From the NCBI GenBank assembly GCA_051294375.1, contig CM119263.1, forward strand, positions 21,498,494 through 21,562,493: 64,000 bases of DNA, given 5' to 3'. Shown here piece by piece: positions 40,136 to 52,664 of the stretch. The translations under genes were made by a program, and so were the position numbers. The notes beneath the pieces are model-generated. The model was not told where the DNA came from. It searched no databases and worked only from the letters and a program-made list of their open reading frames with translations. Numbering within the stretch: the first letter of the stretch is position 1; each line of letters opens with the position of its first letter. The stretch comes from Paraspadella gotoi. Taxonomy: Eukaryota; Animalia; Chaetognatha.

Positions 40136-40594
40136 GCAGAGGAAGTCGTTTAGGACTGTGGATGGACACAACATCTGGGATAGTGTGTTCCCCCTCTGAG
40201 CCAATAGTATGGCTGAACGATCGTGGACGTGGGGGTGTGAATAGACCACCCACAGTTGTCCGGCTTTCAACTAAATTGGACCAGTAGATCGTATCGAGGT
40301 TAATAGTATCCGTTACTTGCAATGGACATGACCAATGTCAAAAATACACAAGCATATCGTGAGTTGCATCACGGATCTCGTGTACTAAGAGCATGAAGTC
40401 CAGTACAAACTCAATCAATTTAAAAATATAGAATTTGTAATATATAATTAATGAATATTAAAAAATTTTAAACTTAAAAATAGTGAAATAAGGTAATTTT
40501 GCCAATTTCATAGAAATTTCTTGGGAATTTTTGCAATATTAAACAAATACAAAAATAATTTTCAAAGCCAAATCCGCGGGATGCGCCGTCAGTC

Positions 40595-40710
40595 TAAGAT
40601 TCACGTGACCGCGTTTCTCAAATGACCGCCCCCTACGAAAAAATCACGTGACTTTGCGGGACTTCTTGATCCACGTTGATTTGCGCTTCTTCGTTCACGT
40701 GACCATCGAG
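40595..40710. promoter_or_regulatory. Cluster of TCACGTGAC (E-box/CLEAR-like) motifs at the edge of a GC-rich island
   Basis: tcacgtgac at 40601, 40644 and 40695; four TCACGTGA copies in the duplicate at 51023-51119. Confidence 0.5.
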
Positions 40711-41950
40711 TCTCGAATCCCGTGATTCTAAAAACGTCGATGGACGAAGAGGATTAAACGAGCGGCGGCGGCGCGGCGCGCGGCGGCGTCGAAGCGGTGG
40801 TGAGGGGCGCGGCGGTGGTGCGTGGTGAGGCAGAGCTGCGAGGAACGACGGAAGAGCAGATGGCATCGAGTTTCTCCAACATGAAATTCTGATTTTTTTA
40901 AGAGATAGACAGGTATCAGAGAAAGAAGAGAAAGACAAGAGAGAGAGAATAGGGAAAAAAATGATTTTAAAAATATTTAAAACTCCTTCCACAGAACTGA
41001 TAGATAAACTTGACGAACTTTATTATAAATTCAAAAAGACACACTAAAAAAATTAACTCAAAGATCCACAACAACATCCAGCGCGTTATAAAGTACGACC
41101 CACAAGTACGACGATGACCTCAAATCATACAACGACCATTTTACGACAACAGCAACACAATAACGAAAAAAGACGAACGAGGGGATCCCGACGATCGTGA
41201 AAAAGCGACGATGACCGCGAATTTCAGCCTCATTAGCATACGCGTTGTCACGGACCCTCGGTCATCGAGGATCCGTGAAAAGTGAAAGGAGGAGGAGGAG
41301 CGGAGGAGGAGGCAGGGGAGCAGGAACCCCGGAGTGCGTCGGTCGCCTCCGGTTTTATCGGACGACTTCCTGCTGACGCCAGATGACGGAGAAAAACTTG
41401 CGTCTAGTCGTTCGTCAAGGAGACGCCGAGAATCGTAAAACAAAGAGAGGAGAGACGGAAGTCGTTTGATTCGATAGCGGAAAGAAGTTTTGTTGTTTTT
41501 TCTTTTTTGTTTCTTTTTTTAAAATTTCTTAAACGGTTTGATGAGAGGCTCATTAGAGATAATATGTCATTGACTGTATGATGGTATATATGTCATCAAT
41601 TCAGGGAGATATAATTTTTATTTCATTATTTCAAATGTTTTTCTCATATTTTATTATCCTTTAAATTTTTTTCGAACCTAAAACGTTTGTTCTTTTTTAC
41701 GTTATTTGGCTTAATTATTAATACTCTTTCAATCTACATTCAAGAGGCGCGTTTGAAATTCTGCTATTTTTCAACAACCGGTCAGAAATAATCCTAATCC
41801 ATATAACTTTCACGAACCGTCGTCTGCGTCGTCGTCGTCGTCGTCGTCGTCCCCAAATCTAGCAACGACTTTTTCGGTTCCAGTGACTCAGTTGTGCCAT
41901 CAGTTTTGGACGCCTCTTGACGTCTTTGTGGTTTGGCGGCGCGGGGCGGC

Positions 41951-41963
41951 ATCTCTCTCTTTT
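41951..41963 (+). other. Probable PacBio SMRTbell adapter remnant at the duplication junction
   Basis: atctctctctttt equals the first 13 nt of the SMRTbell adapter and lies exactly where the two units join; absent at the equivalent position 52368. Confidence 0.55.
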
Positions 41964-43661
41964 TTAATTGGTGATGATATCGAAGCATCTCCGACCTGAA
42001 GAGACCCGAAAACCTTTTCAGCCGATGAGTTAACCTATTTTTTATCTGATTTTTCTGTTTTAGTGCAAAAAGGATTAAATTAAAAAAGAATGAACAGATC
42101 GACGAAAAACCAAGGAAACAAGGGGGAACGAACGAAACGAAACGAACGAACGAGACGAACGAAAACGAACGACGAACGAAACGAACGAACGAACGAACGA
42201 ACGAACGAACGAACTTTTGATCACGTGACAGAGCGAAACTCCGATCAAAACTTCATTCTGCTTTTCGTAGTTATCGTCGTGGGACTCCAAAGTCCGTACA
42301 CTTAATCTATTCATCCCTCTCCCTTCTTTTTCCTTCCAAATCTCGATTTCCGAGGAGAAGAGAAAAAGTGATTAGAAAATCGGAGCGAAAAGATTTTGAC
42401 CGAAAGAAGAGGAGACGAATGTGAAAGGGAGGGAGAGGGTTGCTGAGGTGGACGGGGAAAAGAGAGGGTAGGTGGGTGGGAAGTGAATAGTAGTTGTGAT
42501 AGCTGAGAAGAGAAAACTGATTGTAACTACGGCGACGTCGGTGGCTGAGTGGAGCTCCCGTTGGAGCTGAATGGAGCTGAATGGAGCTCCCGTTGGAGCT
42601 GAAATGTGGTGGAAAGGGGCGGTGGGCGGCGATGGGCGGCGATGGGCGGCGGTGGCGCGATAAAGGAAAGACGGGACGAAGTATTTCAATGAAAAGAACG
42701 AAATGAAAAGAAGTATAAAAGGCGCAAACAAATGCACAACGAAAATCCTGGCTTTGATTTTAGAAAAGGGATTCAATCTTAAAACAAGAAATACTACCAA
42801 GAAGTGATATAAAAGTGCATCCAATAAAATTGACACAAAAGTATGTAAAGGAAACTAATTATTATTTTACGGAAAACAATTGGAAAAAGCTAAACAACCA
42901 TCTTTCCAGAACGATGCACCTTCTCTGTTAAATCTGAACGATCGCTTTTGGTTTCGTTCCTTCTTCGTTAGCGAGACTTCTACTCGCCCTTCTTTTCTTT
43001 ACTTGTTCTCAGTCCGCGTTTCCTCCCTTCTACAATTTCCCCCCTCACTCCTCCCTCCCTCCCTCCCTCCTTTTCGCCTTGGGACGTTCGATTCTTCCGG
43101 TCATTTTAAAACCGTAGAAATAAATTGGGTCCTCGGCCATTTTCTGGCCGCAGAATCAGAGAGCCACGGCGGCGTCGAACGCTGCGGCTGGCTGACGCCG
43201 CTGCGACCCTGGCGTCCGATGCCACAGACCGACGCAAAGTTGGAAGCGAAATTTGTTGCGATCGAAGGGAAGATAAATCGTGATGAATTGTGATGAATTG
43301 TAAGAAACCGTTGCGGGTTTGAATGTATAGGGGGAGGTGGGCCTTTTGATTCTTTTCATGACTCATTTTCGGACGAGAATGCGGATATAAAATGAAGCAG
43401 GACGAGAGTTTCAATTTGAGAATAACAACAACGACAACAACAACCAACTCCTTCAAGAAAATTCGAATTCGAAGAAAAAAAAAAGAAAAAAAAAGAAGTT
43501 CGACTTTTTTTTCGCAAAGAGAGAAAAACCCGAAGGAAACAAGAAAGAAAAAAGTTTTTTTCTTTTTCCCTAAAAAATAAAAGAAAAAAAGGGTTATTCG
43601 AAAGATACCAACAGAACAAGGGGGCATAGTCAGAGAAGGAGAGAGAGAGAGAAGAGCAGAG

Positions 43662-43705
<44 letters not shown>

Positions 43706-43764
43706 TTTCTGTCTCACTTTTTTTTTATTTCTTTATATTTGGAATTGCCTCCTTTGTCGCACGT

Positions 43765-43775
43765 ATCTCTCTCTT
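43765..43775 (+). other. Probable SMRTbell adapter remnant abutting a 25-N gap
   Basis: atctctctctt immediately before the Ns; tcctttgtcgcac repeated on both sides of the gap; absent in unit 1 (about 33345). Confidence 0.6.
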
Positions 43776-44066
43776 NNNNNNNNNNNNNNNNNNNNNNNNN
43801 TCCTTTGTCGCACCGTTTTTTTCCTTTATTCTTTTTCCTTATTTTTAGAAAGGATAAAAAAAGGAGCGGAACGCCCTGGATCCTTTTTTCTTATACAAAA
43901 CACGATAACCGAAGTGACACGAGGTCACGTGGAAAGAAGAGGATGACGACGATGATGATGAAGACGATGACGAAGACGACGACGACGAAAATGACGATGG
44001 CGACGACCTCCAAATTTGATCGATTAACGAATTACATCCTGAAGTCATTTCTATGATTTAATTCAG

Positions 44067-44138
<72 letters not shown>

Positions 44139-45074
44139 AATTTAAAAATAACAACAGAGGCTAATTGTTGTCGGCGCCTCGCTGATTTGTTTTTCCATTT
44201 CCGGTCAAAATTGTCGTCGTTAGTTTCTTCGTCGTCGTCATCGTGGTTGTTTTTGTCGTGGAAAACTGTTCATGTTCATGTTCATGTTCATGTTCATGTT
44301 CATGTTCATGTTCATGTTCATGTAGTTTCGCTCTTAACGTTTTTATTAAACAGTTAAAGTTGATTTCAATTTATCTCTTCCATTCTACCAATTTGTTGTA
44401 TCTTCATTTTTGTCGTTTATCCTTCTCGTCCTCATTGTCATTGTCCCTCATTAACTTAAGTGAACTTCATGTTCATCGTTGTCATCTTTCTTTTACTAAT
44501 TGTCATGTTCATCGTCGTCATCATCGTCGTCATTCCATCGTCTTTGCCGCGAAAACCTTTTCTTTCTCAATTCGCGATATTAACGAAAACCAGTGGCGGC
44601 GGCCGATGAAAGGTGACAGTTTTACCACCGTTAACCGGCGCTTTTTCCGCCTCATTTCCGGGCTCATTTTCGACGCAGGTTTCCGGCGTCCTTTTCCAGC
44701 GACGCGACGCCGACTTCGTTTGTTTTTATTCTTGTTTTTCATTTTGTTTGAGTGAGAGAAAAAGAGAGAGTAAGGGAGCAAGACATTTGTCAGATCAGAT
44801 AAGGTAAATTCCCTTCCAAAGAGCATGGTCTCCTTTCTCTTAAGCCTCGAATCGTCTACCGGATGCCACCCAAATTTAAATGTCACAGGGTGACTGAATT
44901 TGTGAACGCCGTAAAGGCGAGCGATTCTGATAAACACAAAAATTTTATCAAAACTAATCTCACCGTTTCCTTTCACAACAATCGAAACTGTATCAAAATT
45001 GAAATAATCTTTTCGTCACCGGTTTAATTTCGATAAACCAATTTGTTTGTTCTGCCGCACAACGTGGGGTTTCT

Positions 45075-45109
<35 letters not shown>

Positions 45110-45180
45110 CTCTACTTTTTTTTTCTTCTCGCCTTTCTCTCTCTCTCTTTTCTCTCTCGTTCTCTCTCTCTCTCTCTTCT

Positions 45181-45212
<32 letters not shown>

Positions 45213-45297
45213 CTTAAATTTGTTTTCGTTCCTTCTAACGTCCGCCAAAGAATTTAGACTAATCCGCGTCAGAAACGTTTTCTCTTTCTCCTCGTAA

Positions 45298-45391
<94 letters not shown>

Positions 45392-46357
45392 CTTTCTCCG
45401 TTTTATCCTATGCATTTTTTCGGTTAAAAACTTTTTTCAAAGACCGAGGAATTAAATGCTCGTCCTTGGTTTAAATTACAAAAAGTCGCCACAATTGTGT
45501 TAATCCGGCGTCGTCATCGTCATCGTAGTTGTCGTCGTCGCCGTCGTCGTCCTCCCCTTCATTCCTGACCCCGCCCCCTCGCGAAACAAATGAACTCGCA
45601 TCACGTAATTCCTGTTTTATGACGCGAAAAAGCGAGAACCGTTTTGCCCGACAAGCGGCCGACAGAGTGACCGACAGCGCGTCCGCCAAGCCGACCTTCG
45701 CACTCAGAAACGTCGCCTTTGCCCCCGAAATCTCAACTCCCTTTTTTTATGATCCGTCGTGAAATGATCTTTGAGGATCTCCGTCCTCTCTCTCATATGA
45801 CCCGTCGTTTGACCAAAATTGACCTTTCGTTTGACCTCTGACCTCCCGTGGACTCGATTACGCGGCTTTTTTCCGCCATTTTTTTCATTTCCATGTTTTT
45901 GACCTCGAGTCGTTGACTTTCTGCTTCGACGTTCACGTGACGCTTTTGAAGGGTCATTCGTAGTCACGTGAACGTCACGTTGACGGAGATCTGGTAACAA
46001 CCGAGAGAGAATAAATGATAAAGAAAGAAAGAGAAAATTAAGTATGAATAAGATTTAATTAAAATTAAGATGAGAAGTGAGACAATTCAAATGTTCAAGG
46101 AAGAAAGAGACGGTGCGTTAATCAGAATCGCGGGAAAGAGAAATTCACGATTTCCCAAATCAATTTGAGGCCGTGAGTCCATCAAGGGAAAGGCACGCGT
46201 CTCCACTATAAATCTACTACGAGTTTTTCGAGGTTCACAAATCACAAGATTTGTAGACCTTTACTCTAAACCCCTCACGGCCTTACGGCCTCACAGCCTC
46301 ACTTCTAAGGAATATTGCGTCGCCAGGCGTCGTAACCAGAGAGTAGCAACCTCTCTC

Positions 46358-46462
<105 letters not shown>

Positions 46463-47279
46463 CCAAAGGTGAAAAATTCATGAAGATAAACACAATGACA
46501 AGAACATCCCAAGATCCCACCAACCCCTTATTAACCCTCACCTGATCGCAATCAAATTGAGACGCTGGAGAAATCCACTTGGCGCCGGGCGAAGACTCGC
46601 GGCGTTGTCGGCGGAAAAAGGTCGACGCCGGCGTCGCTCATCTTAAGAGTCTGTATCTCAGTGGGCGTGGCATCGTCGCCATCTTGCTGGCAACCTTGGG
46701 GCGCCGCCATTTCGAGCGAAAACCTCACCCTTAGGAGCTCTTTCTTGAAGCCGCGTGCGGGCTTGCCCGACCGGTAGCGAAAGAAGCGACTCGCCCATCT
46801 TTTTCTGTCCGACAAAGACGACGCCTATTCGTCTCTTGGCGCCCAAAGTTTCTTCCGGATTTCGAGTCCAAAAAAAATCACCGGAAATGACCCGGGCGAG
46901 TGGCAATCGCAATGTGGCGAGTGGTAAAAGGGACGGTTTAGTAGTAAGTGGTATTAATGGACAATATAGATTTAGCAAGAACTCTCCAGTTGCCGAGTCA
47001 AAAGCCTGAAATCGTGAGGGGACATAAGTACTTCATCGGCGTGGAAATAATAGCGCCGTTTTGTGGTCAGACGCGCGTCTTACGCACGACGCTCCACTCC
47101 CGCAACCCCCCGCCCAACTAAACACCCCCCCCCCACGATTTCGGACTCAGGAAAAATCCCTCGGGTGAATTTTGGGTCGACAACAATTGATTTCGGGTCA
47201 AAAGGGAAAAGAGACTGGAAAGAAAAGAAAGAAAGAAACAATGAAAGAAAGAAAAGAAAGAAAGAGCGAGAGAAAAGAA

Positions 47280-47372
<93 letters not shown>

Positions 47373-48928
47373 AATTGAGTCTAAAACGGATGCGGCAACC
47401 AAAGTGTGAAGGTCGCGTGATGAAGATGGGGGAAGGAGAGGGAGGCCGCAACGGAGTGCTTGAATGAAGAAGGAAAAAAAAAAAGAAAGAAGGAAAGAAA
47501 GTAAAATTCCTCCATGAAGAAAAGTTGGAAAGGAATGGTCCAATCTCTCACGAGTCACGACTACCAACCGCCAACGAAAACGGGTCAGGATACGGTCAAG
47601 AAGTCATCCCAAAAATGGGTCGTCAACTCTCGCGAAAAATGAGGGCCGTCGGAAAAATGGTGAAAAAAATGGAGCGATCGTAATCGAGATCCAATCTGGA
47701 CCATATTGTAATGATGATCAATCCTTTTGAAGAGGTCATCCATTTCTCGTTAAGGTCGTCCATCTCCACGAGGGGTCTCCACGTCTCGTGTTGGGTCAGA
47801 GACGGTTACATTTTTTCTCCAAAAACGACTCGACGATGACGATGATGACAGCAAAGACGACGACGTCGACGACGTCGACGACCCGGATTCTCACCCCGAA
47901 TTCGCGAGACGTAAAAACGAGCCGCTCGCGTTTTGGGGGCAAAAAAGGTCGTTGCTGCCCGAGAGGGGACGTTTCCCGCCGCCCCCCCAATCACTATCGA
48001 TGACCACCACGACGGTCCACGCCTCTCTCTTTCCCCGAGGAGCGTCTCGCGAGGTCAAAGGTCGCGTCAAGGTCGAGTCAAGGTCGGTAGTTTTAGAAGG
48101 AAAAAACATTGTCGAGGTCGGGAAAGGTTAAGCGAGGTGGGCGGTAAACGGACGCGAGAAAGAAAAAAAAGAGGATAAATAAAAGAGTTGGAAACGAAAA
48201 AAAAGAGAGGAAGAAGAATGAAAAACAAAAAAAAATCAATGCAAAGTATTACAAAAATTAAAAATCGTAATTATTTTCGTGGAATGCTGATATCAAAATC
48301 TATCAAATACAAATAATAATAAGTCATCCAACCGTTTAAATATTATTATTTAAATATTAATCAATTATGCTCCCTGTTTTTTTCGCTCATGAAAATAAAG
48401 CGTCTTTCTCATCATTCGTTGTCACCGACTCTACATTTTTTATCTCCTCTTCTCCTCCCCCCCCAAAAAAAACCATCCCCCTCTTAGTTCCTACCCCCGT
48501 CACCCCCCCCACGGAGAGTGACAGACGGTGGCATCGATTTCCAGTCATTGTTCCCAAAGTCAAAGTCTCACGTGACCCGAGGAGGTCACATGATCTTCGG
48601 GTCTCATTCGTCGTCATCAAAAAGTCAAATCTTCGAACTCATTCATGCGGTAATGTTGTTGTTGTTGTTGTCGTCGTCGTCATCGTCGTCGTCGTCGTCT
48701 CATTCGCTTCCTCCCGTCGTTCGGTCACTGTCCGGAGCGACTTTTTACCCGCTGCGTGCACTGTGCAATCCGCCGCCGCCGCCGCAGCAATGGATGTCCA
48801 CATTCGCTGGCGCTGAGGCTGACGCTGTTACAATGTATGACGCTTCGGTCGACGGTTGGTCATTCGTATAGCTCCACGGGCAGAAAGAGAGAGATAGAGA
48901 GAGAGGGAGGCATATAGTTGACTTTCTT

Positions 48929-48975
<47 letters not shown>

Positions 48976-49546
48976 GAAATAAAAGGTTATTGTTAAAGAT
49001 ATTGTAACGACACTGAAAAAGGTTTAAAAAGGACGCAGAAAATTTAGGTATTGTGCAAATTTTTCACAACTATCACTGCTAAGACCCGATCTGCAGCCAC
49101 CAAGGTAATCTACTTTGAAAACAACAACAAGAACAACAAGAACAACAACAAGGAAAAGCCAAAAATGGACGAAACCGACTTGCGCTCTTTCCGTTCTTTC
49201 TCAGCCAGCGGTCCCTGAAGAGATAAGAATTGTAACAAGGAGAACGATCTCTCTCTCTCTCTTTCTTTTCCTTCTCAGCTGTAAAGGCTTTGACCATCGA
49301 GACAGGAGAACCAGCAGCTGCCGTCTCAGAAGCAGCAGAGAAAAGTTGCCGGTCGATTTTTCAAACGAACCTGAATTCCCCCTGAACCTAAAAATCCCAA
49401 CCCCCAAGCTGGTGGTTAGAAGATTTTAGAGAGAGAGAGAGAGAGAGAGTACAAGGCCAAATAGTGGAATGGGGAGAAAGCAACGTGAAATCAAGCGATC
49501 GATTTGAAACCAAAGAGAGATTTTATTCGTCCCTCACCCAAGCTAT

Positions 49547-49817
49547 TATGGCAACGGAGGGACATGTGTGATGCCTGGGGTGTGAGGCATCTCCCGACAG
49601 CTGGCGCTCAGGGCTTTGGACTTGCAGTGGCCACCCCATGTCACTGGCGTGTTTATGCCGACACCATCACACTTCACCATCACACTTTAACCAGCGTGAC
49701 CGTGAGGGGATTGAACCCGGAACTCACGGTTGGTGAACGAGTACTTAGCTGTCCAAGCCAATAGGACGAGCTGAGTTTCACCAAGCTATACGGGAGGCGA
49801 ATTTAGGATTCGCCACA
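49547..49817 (-). mobile_element. Solo LTR, family B (duplicate of 39131-39408), CTAT TSD
   Basis: ctat|tatggcaac...ttcgccaca|ctat. Confidence 0.9.
49600..49695 (-). ncRNA. Type-P5 twister ribozyme, family B, core intact
   Basis: Sense: gctgg-tta-[aagtgtgatggtg dup]-aa-gtgt-GA-TGG-tgtcggca-TAA-acac-GC-cagtg..cactg-caag-T-CCA-AAGC-cctg-agcg-ccagc. Confidence 0.85.
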
Positions 49818-49967
49818 CTATATTCTTTTCACAACTGACTTTGGTGATTTTCTTTCATTTTCTCCTTTATCCGATTATTTTTTTCTCTTCTCCTTTATTT
49901 CGATTTTTTTCATTGTATGGCAACAGCCGGGTTGCCTGTGATGCTCTTTGGGATGGGGCATCTCACT

Positions 49968-50048
49968 GTTGGCTTTGGGGGCTTCCGACCCTCAGTGACG
50001 CCTTCAGTCACTGGCGCGGTTACCCTAGGACGGTCTCGCTTTGCCAAC
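49968..50048 (-). ncRNA. Type-P5 twister ribozyme, family A, cleanest copy; predicted cleavage between 50022 and 50021
   Basis: Sense: gttggc(P5)-aaa-gcga(P2')-GA-CCG(T1')-tcctaggg(P1)-TAA-ccgc(P2)-GC-cagtgac/gtcactg(P3)-aggg-T-CGG-AAGC-cccc(P4)-aaa-gccaac(P5'). Confidence 0.85.
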
Positions 50049-50456
50049 GCAGAGGAAAGTCATTAGGACTGTGGATGGAACACAACGCCTGGGATGTTAT
50101 GTTCCCCCTCTGAGCCCATGGTATTGGCTGAACGATCGTGGACGTGAGGTGGTGTGAATATACCACCACAGGATCCCTGGGCCAAGACGTCACTCAGGTT
50201 CCTCAAGCCTAAGAAGTGTCTGACAAGACTGTTACCACAGTGTGAGAGAGAGAGCTAATGTGAGTTGTGGGGGCATAGGAGTTTGTTGTAGCAGACCCCA
50301 GGGACATAGGCGTTTGTTGTAACGTACCCAAAGTCGGCAGGGCATAGGCGTTTGTCGTAACGTACCCTGAGAAGGTTGCGAGTTTGATAGTAGGGCTCAC
50401 TACTTATGGCAAAAGGCGGGTTACTTGTGATGCCCATTGGGATGGGGCATCTCACT

Positions 50457-50537
50457 GTTAGCTTTGTGGGCTTCCGACCCTCAGTGACGCATCCAGTCAC
50501 TGGCGCGGTTACCCTGGGACGGTCTCGCTTTGCCAAC
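50457..50537 (-). ncRNA. Type-P5 twister ribozyme in the 5' LTR (family A); predicted cleavage between 50511 and 50510
   Basis: Sense: GA-CCG-tcccaggg-TAA-ccgc-GC-cagtgac..gtcactg-aggg-T-CGG-AAGC-ccac. Confidence 0.78.
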
Positions 50538-52222
50538 GCAGAGGGAAGTCGTTAGGACTGTGGATGGAACACAACATCTGGGATAGTGTGTTCCCCCTCT
50601 GAGCCAATAGTATTGGCTGAACGATCGTGGACGTGAGGTGGTGTGAATAGACCACCACAGTTGTCCGCTTTCTAACTATTGACCAGTAGATCGTATCGAG
50701 GTAATAGTATCCGTTACTGCATGGACATGACCAATTCAAAATACACAAGCATAATCGTGAGTTTGCATTCACGATCTCGTTGTACTGAAGAGCATGAAGT
50801 CCTAGTACAACTCAATCAATTAAAAATATAGAATTTGTAATATATAATTTTAATGAATATTAAAAAATTTTAAACTTAAAATAGTGAAATAAGTAATTTT
50901 GCAATTTTCATAGAAATTTTCTTGGAATTTTTGCAATATTTAGTTCCAGAGTTCGATTACAAACAAAGTACTAAAAATAATTTCAAAGGCCAAATCCGCG
51001 GGATGCGCCGTCAGTCTAAGATTCACGTGACCGCGTTTCTCAAATGACCGCTCTACGAAAAAATCACGTGACTTTTGGGACTCTTGAGTCACGTGATTGC
51101 GCTTCTTCGTTCACGTGACCATCCGAAGGTCGAATCCCGTGATTCTAAAAACGTCGATGGACGAAGAGATAAACGAGCGGCGGCGGCGGCGGCGGCGGCG
51201 GCGGCGTCGAAGGCGGTGGTTGAGGGGCGCCGGCGGTGGTGGCGGTGGTGGAGGCAAGAGCTGCGAGGAACGACGGAAGAGCAGATGGCATCGAGTTTCT
51301 CCAACATGAAATTCTGATTTTTTTAAGAGGATAGACAGTATCAGAGAAAGAGAGAGAAAGACAGAGAGAGAGAATAGGGAAAAAAATGATTTTAAAAATA
51401 TTTAAAACTCCTTCCACAGAACCTGATAGATAAAACTTGATCGAACTTTATTGATAAATTCAAAAAGGACACACTAAAAAATTAACCTCAAAGATCCCAC
51501 AACAACATCCAGCGCGTTATAAAGTACGACCCACAAGTACGAACGATGACCTCAAATCATAACAACGACCATTACGACAACAGCAACAACAATAACGAAA
51601 AAGGACGAACGAGGATCCCGACGAATCGTGAAAAGCGACGATGACCGCGAATTTCAGCCTCATTAGCATACGCGTGTCACGTGACCTCGGGTCATCGGAT
51701 CCGTGAAAAGTGAAAGGAGGAGGAGGAGGCGGAGGAGGAGGAGGAGGAGCAGACCCCGGATGCGTCGGTCGCTCCGTTTTTATCGACGACTTCCTGTGAC
51801 GCCAGATGACGGAGAAAAACTTGCGTCGAGGTCGTCGTCAAGGAGACGGAGAATCGTAAACAAAGAGAGGAGAGACGAAGTCGTTGATTCGATAGGAAAG
51901 AAGTTTTGTTGTTTTTTCTTTTTTGTTCTTTTTTTAAAATTTCTTAAACGGTGATGAGAGGCTCATTAGAGATAATATGTCATTGACTGTATGATGGTAT
52001 ATATTGTCATCAATCAGGAGATATAATTTTTATTCATTATTTCAAATGTTTTCTCATATTTTATTATCCTTTAAATTTTTTTTCGAACCTAAAACGTTTT
52101 GTTCTTTTTTACTTATTTGGCTTATTATTAATACTCTTTCAATCTACATTCAAGAGCGCGTTTGAAATTCTGTATTTTTCACAACCGGTCATAAATTAAT
52201 CCTAATCCATATAACTTTCACG

Positions 52223-52271
<49 letters not shown>

Positions 52272-52664
52272 CCCAAATTCAGCAACGACTTTTCGGTTCC
52301 AGTGACTCAGTGATGCCATCAGTTTTTGACGCCTCTTGACGTCTTTGGTTGGCGGCCGCGGGGCGGCGGAGCGGCGGATCGATGGAGCGGTGGAGCGCTA
52401 GCTCGAAGGGCGGTCAATGGCGGGGCGGGCGGGGGTTGAGAATGGGAGAGGGAAGAGAAGGAAAGAAGTGAGAAAAGTGAACAAAGAAGGAATAAAAAAT
52501 AAGGATTTGTTGGGAGGACTTCGAATACATAGGTTTGTTAGTATAAAAGTAAAAGTTTATAATTTAATTTTGTTGATGTCACTGTATCAAGTTCTTGATA
52601 TGAAATCAACTACTATATAGATATAATTATTGGCATTGAGTGAAAAAAACCGTGTAGGGGAAAG

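Larger units (their letters stand above)
39505..40254 (-). mobile_element. Complete miniature two-LTR retroelement (TRIM / LTR-retrozyme-like), family A
   Basis: Direct repeats 39505-39762 and 40001-40254 flank a 238 bp non-coding interior. Perfect 4-bp TSD GTTG (39501-39504 and 40255-40258). Sense termini TGTGG...CATA. Confidence 0.9.
31508..41950. repeat. Unit 1 of an about 10.4 kb tandem duplication
   Basis: Collinear with 41969-52367 throughout; differences are mostly single-base indels. Confidence 0.95.
49916..50659 (-). mobile_element. Complete miniature two-LTR retroelement, family A (duplicate of 39505-40254)
   Basis: LTRs 49916-50170 and 50405-50659; flanks ATTG/GTTG. Confidence 0.9.
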
